Assembly: GCA_020847045.1 (NCBI GenBank)
Contig: JADLCT010000097.1
Coordinates: 48,709 to 112,708, forward strand
DNA: 64,000 nucleotides
Origin: Bryobacterales bacterium
Lineage (GTDB): Bacteria; Acidobacteriota; Terriglobia; Bryobacterales; Bryobacteraceae
Reading direction: 5' to 3'
This document shows positions 40,066 through 49,167 of this stretch, piece after piece (positions within the stretch are counted from its first letter, which is position 1; every line of letters starts with the position of its first letter). Under the pieces are notes generated by a model, which was not told the origin of the DNA, did not search any database, and saw only the letters and a program-made list of their open reading frames with translations. The position numbers were made by a program, and so were the translations under genes.

Positions 40066-40490
40066 GCCAGCGTGGGCGAGGGCCCACGCCGCGCCCGCCC
40101 CGCCGCGCCTTCGCTACAATGAGGGCAATGCTCTCCAACCACCGCGAATTCGAGGCTGGCCCCGATCCGTTTGGCCGGACCTGGAAGGTTCAATTTGTCT
40201 GGCTGCAGACCGGCATCTCCATCCGCCATGCCGACACCATCGACGTGAAGTTCGTTACCAACGACGGCAGCTACACTGACGAAAAGGTGATTGCGCTGCC
40301 GCATCCGTTGCTGCTGGAAGCCATGTCCAAGTCTGGCGGGACGTTGAGCGATGCCCTCTGCATGCGAATCGCGGGAAGCCATCTGCGCCACATGGTGGAA
40401 AGCGGCGAGGACGTCGAGAAACCGCTGGTGACGCTGACCGCGGCCGACATCGCACGCGCAATGGCCGGCGAGCCCGCCGCCGCCCGTTGA
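40062..40490 (+). CDS. Hypothetical protein
   Basis: The ORF follows folE. The start is uncertain (TTG 40062, ATG 40119 or 40128). No family recognised. Confidence 0.45.
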   Translation: MSQRGRGPTPRPPRRAFATMRAMLSNHREFEAGPDPFGRTWKVQFVWLQTGISIRHADTIDVKFVTNDGSYTDEKVIALPHPLLLEAMSKSGGTLSDALCMRIAGSHLRHMVESGEDVEKPLVTLTAADIARAMAGEPAAAR

Positions 40491-40515
40491 GGAATCAGGA
40501 TCGAGGAACGCACAG

Positions 40516-40821
40516 ATGGAAATGGTACGAAAGACGTTGCGCCCCCCGTTGAAACGCGCCGCCGAAGCCCCGCCGGAACGGAAGCCGCAAGGCGACAAGC
40601 CGAAGTCCGCGCCCAACGAGCACACCAACGCCGAGAATTTTTATTACGCCAAACAAATTCAGCAGAAGACGCCGATGGTGGTGCTGCTGAAGGGCGGCGA
40701 AGAGGTGCGCGGGCGCATTGAATGGTACGACAAGCACGCCATTCGCGTCGCGCGCGAGGAGGAGCCGGCGGTGATGATTTACAAAGCCGGCATCCGCATG
40801 ATGTACAAAGACGAGAAGTAA
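40516..40821 (+). CDS. Hfq-like Sm-fold RNA-binding protein with basic N-terminal extension
   Basis: ENFYYAKQIQQKTPMVVLLKGGEEVRGRIEWYDKHAI...VMIYKAGIRMMY aligns by eye with Hfq [37 protein letters not shown]...MVYKHAISTV. Confidence 0.5.
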   Translation: MEMVRKTLRPPLKRAAEAPPERKPQGDKPKSAPNEHTNAENFYYAKQIQQKTPMVVLLKGGEEVRGRIEWYDKHAIRVAREEEPAVMIYKAGIRMMYKDEK

Positions 40822-40827
40822 GCGGCG

Positions 40828-41343
40828 CTAACGGGCGGCGCGATTGGCCAGGCGGTATGCCCGGCGCTGACCCGCCTGTTCAAACCGCCGCAGTTCATCC
40901 GCCGTTTCCGGCAGCACGGGCGGCGGAATCACACGCCTGCCCTCGCCGCTGATCGCGACAAAGGTCAGGTACGCCGAACTGACATGCTGCACCATGCCGG
41001 TGCGCAGGTCCTCCACAAACACCTTCACGCCCACCTCCATCGAGGTGCGAAACACACGGTTTACCGCCGACCGCAAAGTGACCAACTGGCCGATGTGCAC
41101 CGGGCGGAGAAAGGTGAGCGAGTCGATGGAGGCCGTCACCACGGCCGAACGCGCGTGCCGCGACGCGGCGATGGAGGCGGCCAGATCGACCCACTGCATC
41201 AGCTTGCCGCCGAACAACGTACCCAGTGGATTGGCGTCGTTGGGCAGTGTAATCTCGACATATTCGGAGTAGGAATCGCGCACGGGGCGGCCTGCGGGCT
41301 CGCCCTCCGGGCTGGGCGTGGCGGAGTCAGGAGAGGCGTTCAC
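40828..41343 (-). CDS. Acyl-CoA thioesterase (hotdog fold, YciA-like)
   Basis: LPNDANPLGTLFGGKLMQWVDLAASIAASRHA and a second half SMEVGVKVFVED. The start is uncertain (GTG 41343 chosen). The ORF-track ATG at 41478 would overlap the divergent NmrA gene. Confidence 0.75.
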   Translation of the reverse strand: MNASPDSATPSPEGEPAGRPVRDSYSEYVEITLPNDANPLGTLFGGKLMQWVDLAASIAASRHARSAVVTASIDSLTFLRPVHIGQLVTLRSAVNRVFRTSMEVGVKVFVEDLRTGMVQHVSSAYLTFVAISGEGRRVIPPPVLPETADELRRFEQAGQRRAYRLANRAAR

Positions 41344-41433
41344 GCTCCCAGGATAACGGCATGCCCGCCCGTTCGTTCCACCTGAGCCGGTGCGGCGTCC
41401 GGCTACGCTAGCATCTTTTGAGGAGGTCCCACA

Positions 41434-42375
41434 ATGTCGAAAAAGATCATCGCAGTGGTTGGCGCCACCGGTTCGCAAGGCGGCGGTCTGGTGCGTGCGA
41501 TTTGCGAGGATGCCGGCGGCGGATTCGCGGCGCGCGCCATCACCCGCTCAACGGATTCGGACAAGGCGCGCGCGCTGGCGGCAATGGGCGCCGAAGTGGT
41601 GGCCGCCAACGTGGATGACGAAGCCTCGTTGCGCCGCGCATTCGAAGGCGCGCACGGCGTGTACGGCGTCACGTTTTTCTGGGACCACTTCTCGCCCGAA
41701 CGCGAGAAGGCGCAGGCGTCGGCCATCGCCGCGGCATCGCGGGCGGTGGGAGCGCGCCATGTCATTTGGTCGACGCTCGATGACTCGCGCCAGTACATTC
41801 CGCTCGACGACACGCGCATGCCCACGCTCATGGGCCGCTACAAGGTGCCGCATTTCGACGCCAAGGCCGAAGCTGACGCCTACTTCGCCGGGCTGCCTGT
41901 GACCTATCTGCTCACCTCTTTCTATTGGGACAACCTGATTCACTTCGGCATGGCGCCGCGCCGGGGCGAGGATGGCCGGCTTACGTTCACGCTCCCCATG
42001 GGCGATCGCAAACTGCCGCAGATCGCCGCCGCCGACATTGGCCGCTGCGCGTATGGCATCTTCCAGCGCGGCGAGGAGTTCACGGGCAAGCGCGTGGGCA
42101 TCGCGGGTGAGCATTTGACGGGCGCCGAGATGTGCGCCCGCCTCGGGCGTGCGCTGGGCGAAACGGTCACCCATGTTTCGCCCCCCTTCGACGTCTATCG
42201 GGGGCTCGGCTTTCCGGGCGCCGATGACCTTGGCAATATGTTCCAGTTCAACCACGACTGCGCCGATGCCTTTTGCGCGGCGCGCAGCGTGGAGTTCTCG
42301 CGCACGGTGAATCCGCGCCTGCAAACCTTCGAGCAGTGGCTGCGGACGAACGCCTCGCGGATGGCCACCGGCTAA
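41434..42375 (+). CDS. NmrA-family NAD(P)-binding protein
   Basis: IIAVVGATGSQGGGLVRA Rossmann motif with an NmrA-like layout. Confidence 0.85.
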   Translation: MSKKIIAVVGATGSQGGGLVRAICEDAGGGFAARAITRSTDSDKARALAAMGAEVVAANVDDEASLRRAFEGAHGVYGVTFFWDHFSPEREKAQASAIAAASRAVGARHVIWSTLDDSRQYIPLDDTRMPTLMGRYKVPHFDAKAEADAYFAGLPVTYLLTSFYWDNLIHFGMAPRRGEDGRLTFTLPMGDRKLPQIAAADIGRCAYGIFQRGEEFTGKRVGIAGEHLTGAEMCARLGRALGETVTHVSPPFDVYRGLGFPGADDLGNMFQFNHDCADAFCAARSVEFSRTVNPRLQTFEQWLRTNASRMATG

Positions 42376-42384
42376 GCCGCGCCG

Positions 42385-43863
42385 TTACCGTTCGCGCGGA
42401 GGCGCGGCGCCGAGACTGGGCTCGCCAGCATACCAGGCTTCGAGATCGAGCCGCACGGGCATCCACCACAACAGGGCGCGCGTGGCCAGCGTGCGGATGG
42501 GTTCGCGCCGCCAGGCAGTGCTACGGAGCCCGGCATCTTGCAGCGGCTCCAGCGCGAACAAGGCGCTGCCGCCCATGTCAGCAATCCACAGGCAACCGGG
42601 TGAGGCCGCATCCAAGCCAGCGCCCGAGTGAGCAATGGCCACGTCCAGCGGCATGCCTCCCAGATTCACCGCCAACGCGCGGCGTCCCAGGAGCCGCCGT
42701 GCGCGAGTATCCACGACGAGCTTATATAGCACGCCATCTAGACTAACCGCCACCAGTTCCAGACGGCCGGAAGCGGACGAGTAGGAAGACAGAGCCAGTC
42801 CGTTCGTCGAACTTTCAAAGGTGCGCAGCGCGGCCTCTGGCGGGCGCGCCGGACGGGGACGCGCCGGGTTGGCCTGGCCAAAATTCAACCCGCCCGTGTG
42901 AATCCAATACAGGGGATTGAGCGCTTGCACACCGCCTTCCACCTCGGCGTTGGGGTTGTCCGCGCGCGGTGGGCCACCGAATCCGGCATTCGAGCCGTTG
43001 TCGACCGTGAACAGCCCAACGGGCGTCATCAGTAGCGAATAGGCGTTCCGCAAACCCTCCGCATAAAGGCGCACCGGGCCATCGGCGGGCAGCAACGCGG
43101 CGTTCGCGCCGCCCTCGCCGCCGAGCACGCGCTTCCCGCCACGCGTGGGAAGGTCGAAAGGCGCCGCGCCGGTGCGCTCCAGATCAATCGCAAGCACGGC
43201 GCCGGCAAGCGGGTACTCCCGCAGATGGAGAAATGGCGCGGAAGCCGCGCCCATGTTCGTCATGGCGCCGGTGGAGAGATAGAGCGTGCGGCCGTCCAGG
43301 GAGAGCGCGACACCGTTGGGCGCATGGTCGTAACGGGAACGCGGCAAGCCGCGCACCAGGTCGTCGCGCCGCCACCCCGCGCCATTGCGAGTGAGCCGCG
43401 AGAGGATGCCGCTGTTAGTGTCGATTTCCGGCCGTTCGATGCGCGGGTCCGACGAGGACACATACAGCACCGGCGCCGCCGCGCTCCCTGCGACGGCAAG
43501 TCCTGTGATCAGCCTGCCGCGGACTCGCGGCTCCGGCTGGCCATGATCGTTGTGGTTCGGCAGATCCGCGACCAGACCGATGGCCTCGCCCTTCCCCAGA
43601 CTCAGCCGCCCGCCATCGCTTCGCACCGGCAGACGGTGAATCAGACCCGCGCGCGCCGCCACGTACAGTGCACCATCGGTACCAAAGCGCAGCACCGTTG
43701 GGTTCACCACGGACGGCGGCGTGAAGCGGTGCAGCCGGTAGAGGCTGGCATCGTACATCACGCCCGTGCGAATGGCGAGCAGATACGGAAGCGCCATGCG
43801 CCAGACGAACCACGACGCGGCCAGCAACAGCAGCAGTCCGGGCAGAAGACGGCGGCGATTCAC
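42385..43863 (-). CDS. Membrane-anchored beta-propeller protein (glucose/sorbosone dehydrogenase-like)
   Basis: GTG start in a GTGA overlap with the upstream kelch gene. TM segment LLPGLLLLLAASWFVW. Blocks FGTDGALYVAAR and GLRNAYSL resemble soluble PQQ-type sugar dehydrogenases. Confidence 0.55.
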   Translation of the reverse strand: MNRRRLLPGLLLLLAASWFVWRMALPYLLAIRTGVMYDASLYRLHRFTPPSVVNPTVLRFGTDGALYVAARAGLIHRLPVRSDGGRLSLGKGEAIGLVADLPNHNDHGQPEPRVRGRLITGLAVAGSAAAPVLYVSSSDPRIERPEIDTNSGILSRLTRNGAGWRRDDLVRGLPRSRYDHAPNGVALSLDGRTLYLSTGAMTNMGAASAPFLHLREYPLAGAVLAIDLERTGAAPFDLPTRGGKRVLGGEGGANAALLPADGPVRLYAEGLRNAYSLLMTPVGLFTVDNGSNAGFGGPPRADNPNAEVEGGVQALNPLYWIHTGGLNFGQANPARPRPARPPEAALRTFESSTNGLALSSYSSASGRLELVAVSLDGVLYKLVVDTRARRLLGRRALAVNLGGMPLDVAIAHSGAGLDAASPGCLWIADMGGSALFALEPLQDAGLRSTAWRREPIRTLATRALLWWMPVRLDLEAWYAGEPSLGAAPPRER

Positions 43864-44936
43864 CGCGAGGACGCTCCGAGCGCGCTCGCCGGGAAGCGGT
43901 ACCACAAGGGCGTGGGCTGAATGCCGGAGCTGGTCACCCCGCCGCTGCCCGCGTATAACCATGGTCCCAGCACGCGCGCCACCGGCGCCCGCATGGGAAC
44001 GGGCAGGCCCGGCAGCGTGCGCCAGGTATCGGATTTGCCATCGTAGGCGGCGATGTCGTACAGCACCGGAATCTCATTGGAACGGCCGCCCACCTGCACG
44101 ATGCGCCCGTCCAGGAGAAACGTGCCGGGCTCGGTGTGCGAGCGCGCCCGTGGCAGCGGCGCGGCGCTGCTCCAGGAGTCGCGCGCGGGATCGTACACCT
44201 GGTGTAAGGCCACGTCCTGAAAGCTCACGTCATGGCCGTGCTGGCCGCCCAGCAGGTGCACGCGGCCATCCAACAAAATCGCACTGAAATGGTTTACGGC
44301 AACAGGCAGCGGCGCGCGGTGCTCCCAGACGGCGGCCCCTGGCGCGAGCGACCAGTGATCGGACGAATCCGTCTGGCGGTCGGGCTTCAAACCGCCGAAG
44401 TAGTGCAGAGTACCTTCGGCATTCACCAGACCACCCGCGCCACGCGCCTCGGGCAGCAACGGCCCGGCGCGCCATTCGTTGCCCGGTATGTGATAGCGCC
44501 AAACAGCGCGTCCGGCGGGCCCGGGATGATGTCCTGTGAAGCCACCCGCGATCCAGATCTCATCGCCCAACACGGCAAGCCCGGCGTGCGTCACCGCCAC
44601 CGGAACGCTGGCCATCTGCGTCCAGACGCCGCTGGCAGGGTCGAACATGTCGCTGCGCTCGGTGGCGTGCAGTCCTTCATCGTAGAAGCCGCTGAACAGG
44701 TATAGGCGGCCGCCGGCCACGGCCACGCCGGGTTCGAAGCGCGGCGCGGGCATGGTGAGCGGTTCGGCTCCGGACAGCATGCTGGCGGGCCGGGGAACCT
44801 CGCGCGGACGCGGTGGTCCTTTCACCCGCTCGTAGACGCGCACGGCGAGAGGATTCAACCGGGGCCGGGCGAAAAATCCCACGGTGAACGAGAAGCCGGC
44901 GATCAGCAGCGAAGCAAGAAACGGACGAATGCGCAC
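43860..44936 (-). CDS. Membrane-anchored Kelch-repeat protein
   Basis: TM segment FLASLLIAGFSFTVGFF and repeated kelch blades (GGRLYLFSGF, IWIAGGF, LHYFGG, VHLLGG, IVQVGG). The start is GTG at 44936 or 44969. Confidence 0.7.
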   Translation of the reverse strand: MRIRPFLASLLIAGFSFTVGFFARPRLNPLAVRVYERVKGPPRPREVPRPASMLSGAEPLTMPAPRFEPGVAVAGGRLYLFSGFYDEGLHATERSDMFDPASGVWTQMASVPVAVTHAGLAVLGDEIWIAGGFTGHHPGPAGRAVWRYHIPGNEWRAGPLLPEARGAGGLVNAEGTLHYFGGLKPDRQTDSSDHWSLAPGAAVWEHRAPLPVAVNHFSAILLDGRVHLLGGQHGHDVSFQDVALHQVYDPARDSWSSAAPLPRARSHTEPGTFLLDGRIVQVGGRSNEIPVLYDIAAYDGKSDTWRTLPGLPVPMRAPVARVLGPWLYAGSGGVTSSGIQPTPLWYRFPASALGASSR

Positions 44937-44976
44937 GAAGCGGAACCTGTCTCTGTGAGAGTAGCGCACCGCCCGG

Positions 44977-46002
44977 CTATGGCAGGGCTCGCGTGAACTC
45001 CACCAGCGCGTCGAGTTTGGCCGCGGCCAGTCCCGCGTCGATCGAATGCGCGGCCAGCGAGGCGGCGCTCGAGTAGGAGTCCGCGCGGCCCGCCATGAGA
45101 ATCGCGGCGGCGGCGTTGGCGACCACGATGTCGCGATGTGGGCCCTGGCGCCCCGACAGCACCACGCGCGCGATGGCGGCGTTGTCCGCGGCGCCGCCGC
45201 CCACCAGGTCACTCAGCGTGGCCAGCGGCAGGTTGAACTCCATCGGCATGATGGAGCGCTGCTGCACCTGTCCCTGCGACACTTCGAAGGCGATGGTCAA
45301 CCCGGTCGTGGTGATCTCGTCCAGACCATCAGAGCCATGCACCACCAGCGCGCGCCGCACGGGCAGACGCGTCAAGGCGTTGGCCATCAACTCCGCGCTG
45401 GCCGCCGAGGGCGCGCCAATCAGTTGCACGTCGGCGCCGGCCGGGTTGGTGAGCGGGCCGAGAAAATTGAAGATTGTGCGCATCCTCAACTCCAGCCGCG
45501 CCGGCTGCACCATCTTCATCGAAGGATGCACGGCGGGCGCGAACAGAAATGCGATGCCGCACTGGCGAAGCGCCTCGCCCATCTGTTCCGGCGTGAGAGT
45601 GATGCGCGCGCCAAGCGACTCCAGAATGTCGGCGCTGCCGCAGCGAGACGAGATGCTGCGGTTGCCGTGCTTGGCCACGGGAATTCCCGCCCCGGCGATG
45701 ACGAACGCGGCCACGGTGGAGATGTTGAAGGTGCCCTGGCCGTCGCCGCCCGTGCCGCAAGTGTCCACCAGCGGGCGCGGCACGCCCTCGGTGGGAATCA
45801 CGGCGGCATGCTGGCGCATGGCCCGCGCAAACCCGGTGAGCTCGGACGCGGTTTCGCCCTTCACGCGCAAAGCCGTGAGCAGCGCGGTGAGTTGCGGGAT
45901 GGTGGCTTCGCCTGCGAGAACCAGGTTCAGAGCGTCTTCGGCTTGCGCGGCGGAGAGGGAGAGACGGTCGGCTGCCTGGTGCAGGTAGTCGAGAAAGGGC
46001 AT
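44977..46002 (-). CDS. trpD: Anthranilate phosphoribosyltransferase
   Basis: DTCGTGGDG, KHGNRSISS and NPAG blocks. Only the last 341 codons of the 825-aa ORF in the track are the gene. Confidence 0.93.
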   Translation of the reverse strand: MPFLDYLHQAADRLSLSAAQAEDALNLVLAGEATIPQLTALLTALRVKGETASELTGFARAMRQHAAVIPTEGVPRPLVDTCGTGGDGQGTFNISTVAAFVIAGAGIPVAKHGNRSISSRCGSADILESLGARITLTPEQMGEALRQCGIAFLFAPAVHPSMKMVQPARLELRMRTIFNFLGPLTNPAGADVQLIGAPSAASAELMANALTRLPVRRALVVHGSDGLDEITTTGLTIAFEVSQGQVQQRSIMPMEFNLPLATLSDLVGGGAADNAAIARVVLSGRQGPHRDIVVANAAAAILMAGRADSYSSAASLAAHSIDAGLAAAKLDALVEFTRALP

Positions 46003-46122
46003 GTTATATTGAAGTTTCGACTGTCTCCGCATCCTAGCACAGCCGGAAAAATCGGTCTCACACGCCCCTTGCGGCCACGCCCGGCATGGGATGTCCAGTG
46101 TGGGAGGATTTGAGGACTCTGA

Positions 46123-47286
46123 ATGAAAATCCACGAGTATCAGGCCAAAACAATTCTGTCTCAATATGGAGTGCCCGTGCCGAAGGGCCGCGTTGCCTTC
46201 ACGGTGGAAGAAGCGGAATCGGCGGCCAAGGAACTGGGCGGCTTCGTCGTCGTGAAAGCGCAGATCCACGCCGGCGGACGGGGCAAAGGCGGCGGTGTGA
46301 AGGTGGCCAGGACGCAGGACGACGCCGCCCGCCACATCCGAGCCATCCTCGGCATGCAACTGGTGACGCACCAAACCGGACCCTCCGGCCAGAAGGTGCA
46401 GCGCCTTCTGATCGAGGAGGCCCTGCCGATTGAAAAAGAGTTCTACCTCGGCATCACGCTGGACCGCGCCACGGGCAGGAACGTGTTCATGGCGTCGAGC
46501 GAAGGCGGCATGGATATCGAAGAGGTGGCCGCCAAGACGCCGGAAAAGATCCTGAAAGAGACGCTCGAACCGGGCCTGGGCCTTTCGGCCTATCAGGCCC
46601 GCAAGCTGGCCTTTGGCATCGGCATCCCGGCGGCGTCGGTGAACGGCGCCGTGAAGGCCATGCAACTGCTCGCCAAGGCGTATGAGGACACCGACGCCTC
46701 GCTGGCCGAGATCAACCCGTTCCTGCTCACGAAGGACGGCCGCACGCTGGCACTGGACGCCAAGATCAACCTCGATGACAACGCCATGTTCCGCCACAAG
46801 GAGTTCATCGACCTGCGCGACCTGGCCGAAGAGGATCCGCTCGAAGTGGAGGCCTCCAAGTTCAGCCTGAACTACATCAAACTGGACGGCAACATCGCCT
46901 GCATGGTGAACGGCGCGGGGCTGGCCATGGCCACCATGGACATCATCAAGTACGCGGGCGGCGAGCCGGCGAACTTTCTCGACGTGGGCGGCGGCGCCAG
47001 CGAGGAGCAGATCAAGAACGCCTTCCGCATCCTGCTGAGCGACGATGCCGTGAAGGCCGTGTTGATCAATATCTTCGGCGGTATCCTCCGCTGCGACATC
47101 CTGGCGGCGGGCGTGGTGAACGCCGCGCGCGAACTGCACGTGGCCGTGCCCATCGTGGTGCGGATGGAAGGCACCAACGTGCAGGAGGGCAAGCGCATCC
47201 TCAAGGAGAGCGGCTTGAACTTCACGGTGGCCGAGGGCATGAAGGACGCCGCCGAAAAGGTGGTCGCCGCGGCCAACGGCAAATAG
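46123..47286 (+). CDS. sucC: Succinyl-CoA ligase (ADP-forming) subunit beta
   Basis: [37 protein letters not shown], and [18 protein letters not shown]. Confidence 0.97.
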   Translation: MKIHEYQAKTILSQYGVPVPKGRVAFTVEEAESAAKELGGFVVVKAQIHAGGRGKGGGVKVARTQDDAARHIRAILGMQLVTHQTGPSGQKVQRLLIEEALPIEKEFYLGITLDRATGRNVFMASSEGGMDIEEVAAKTPEKILKETLEPGLGLSAYQARKLAFGIGIPAASVNGAVKAMQLLAKAYEDTDASLAEINPFLLTKDGRTLALDAKINLDDNAMFRHKEFIDLRDLAEEDPLEVEASKFSLNYIKLDGNIACMVNGAGLAMATMDIIKYAGGEPANFLDVGGGASEEQIKNAFRILLSDDAVKAVLINIFGGILRCDILAAGVVNAARELHVAVPIVVRMEGTNVQEGKRILKESGLNFTVAEGMKDAAEKVVAAANGK

Positions 47287-47310
47287 GAAGCAGGCGAGGA
47301 GATCCCATCG

Positions 47311-48192
<882 letters not shown>

Positions 48193-48219
48193 TCCCAGCA
48201 ATTCACATATTGGAGTTAT

Positions 48220-48633
48220 ATGGAACGTACCTTCGGAATGATCAAGCCCGACGCCGTGGCCAAAGGCTATGCCGGAGCCATCCTGGCGGCCATTGAGGAG
48301 CACGGCTTCAAGCTGGTGGGCTTCAAAAAGACGCGCCTTAGCACGGCGCTTGCCCAGTCCTTTTACGCCGTGCACCAGGAGCGGCCCTTCTACAACGACC
48401 TGGTGAAGTTCATGACCGAGGGTCCCGTTGTGGTGATGGTGCTCGAAAAAGAGAATGCCATCGCCGATTGGCGCACGCTGATGGGCGCCACCAACCCGGA
48501 GAAGGCCGACGCGGGCACTCTGCGCAAGCGTTTCGCGCAGAATATTGAACGCAACGCCGTGCACGGCAGCGACGCGCCGGAGACGGCGGCCGTGGAGATT
48601 CCGTTCTTCTTCTCTTCGTCGGAACTGCTGTAG
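48220..48633 (+). CDS. ndk: Nucleoside diphosphate kinase
   Basis: [12 protein letters not shown] and NAVHGSD (active-site His). Confidence 0.97.
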   Translation: MERTFGMIKPDAVAKGYAGAILAAIEEHGFKLVGFKKTRLSTALAQSFYAVHQERPFYNDLVKFMTEGPVVVMVLEKENAIADWRTLMGATNPEKADAGTLRKRFAQNIERNAVHGSDAPETAAVEIPFFFSSSELL

Positions 48634-48655
48634 TTCACGTGCGCCTTCCTGAAAG

Positions 48656-48686
48656 AGCCGCCCTTCCCCGGGGCGGCTTTTCTCTT
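48656..48686 (+). terminator. Rho-independent terminator after ndk
   Basis: AGCCGCCC-TTCCCCG-GGGCGGCT (8-bp GC-rich stem) followed by TTTCTCTT. Confidence 0.7.
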
Positions 48687-48714
48687 CCCGGCGGCTCGCG
48701 GCCGTCATTCTATA

Positions 48715-49167
48715 GTGAAGGAAATGGACCAGAGCGCCGAGGCACTCATGACATTGGAAACGAAGCTGTGCGCCTCGCTCGCGCAGGCGCTCGGTCTTGC
48801 GCCAGGCGCGGTCCGGTCCGATGCGCGGTTGGATGAACTGCTGCCCGTGGCGCGGCGCCGCGAGCTATGGAGCGCCTGGGAGCGCCAGGCCGGCGTCGCA
48901 CTCCCGGTGCTCGACCACCGCTTTTCCGTGAAGATGAGCTGGTTTGCGGGGGGCTTTGTGGTGGCCCTGTTCCTGTTTTCGGCGCTGCGCACCGTGGGCA
49001 TTCACGTGCCCGGCAGCACGATGACGGGCGGTGTGTTGGGCATGTTGCTGGGCGCGGTGGGGTTGCGGTGGCTGGCGCCTCGTCCGGTGGAGTTCCCGCC
49101 CGGTGTGCACACCGTTGCCTCGCTGGCGGCCCGCATCCTGGCCCGCGCCCTGGCCCACGAAGCTTAG
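48715..49167 (+). CDS. Hypothetical membrane protein
   Basis: Soluble helical N-terminal part followed by two hydrophobic segments (WFAGGFVVALFLFSAL; GGVLGMLLGAVGL). No family recognised. Confidence 0.5.
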   Translation: MKEMDQSAEALMTLETKLCASLAQALGLAPGAVRSDARLDELLPVARRRELWSAWERQAGVALPVLDHRFSVKMSWFAGGFVVALFLFSALRTVGIHVPGSTMTGGVLGMLLGAVGLRWLAPRPVEFPPGVHTVASLAARILARALAHEA

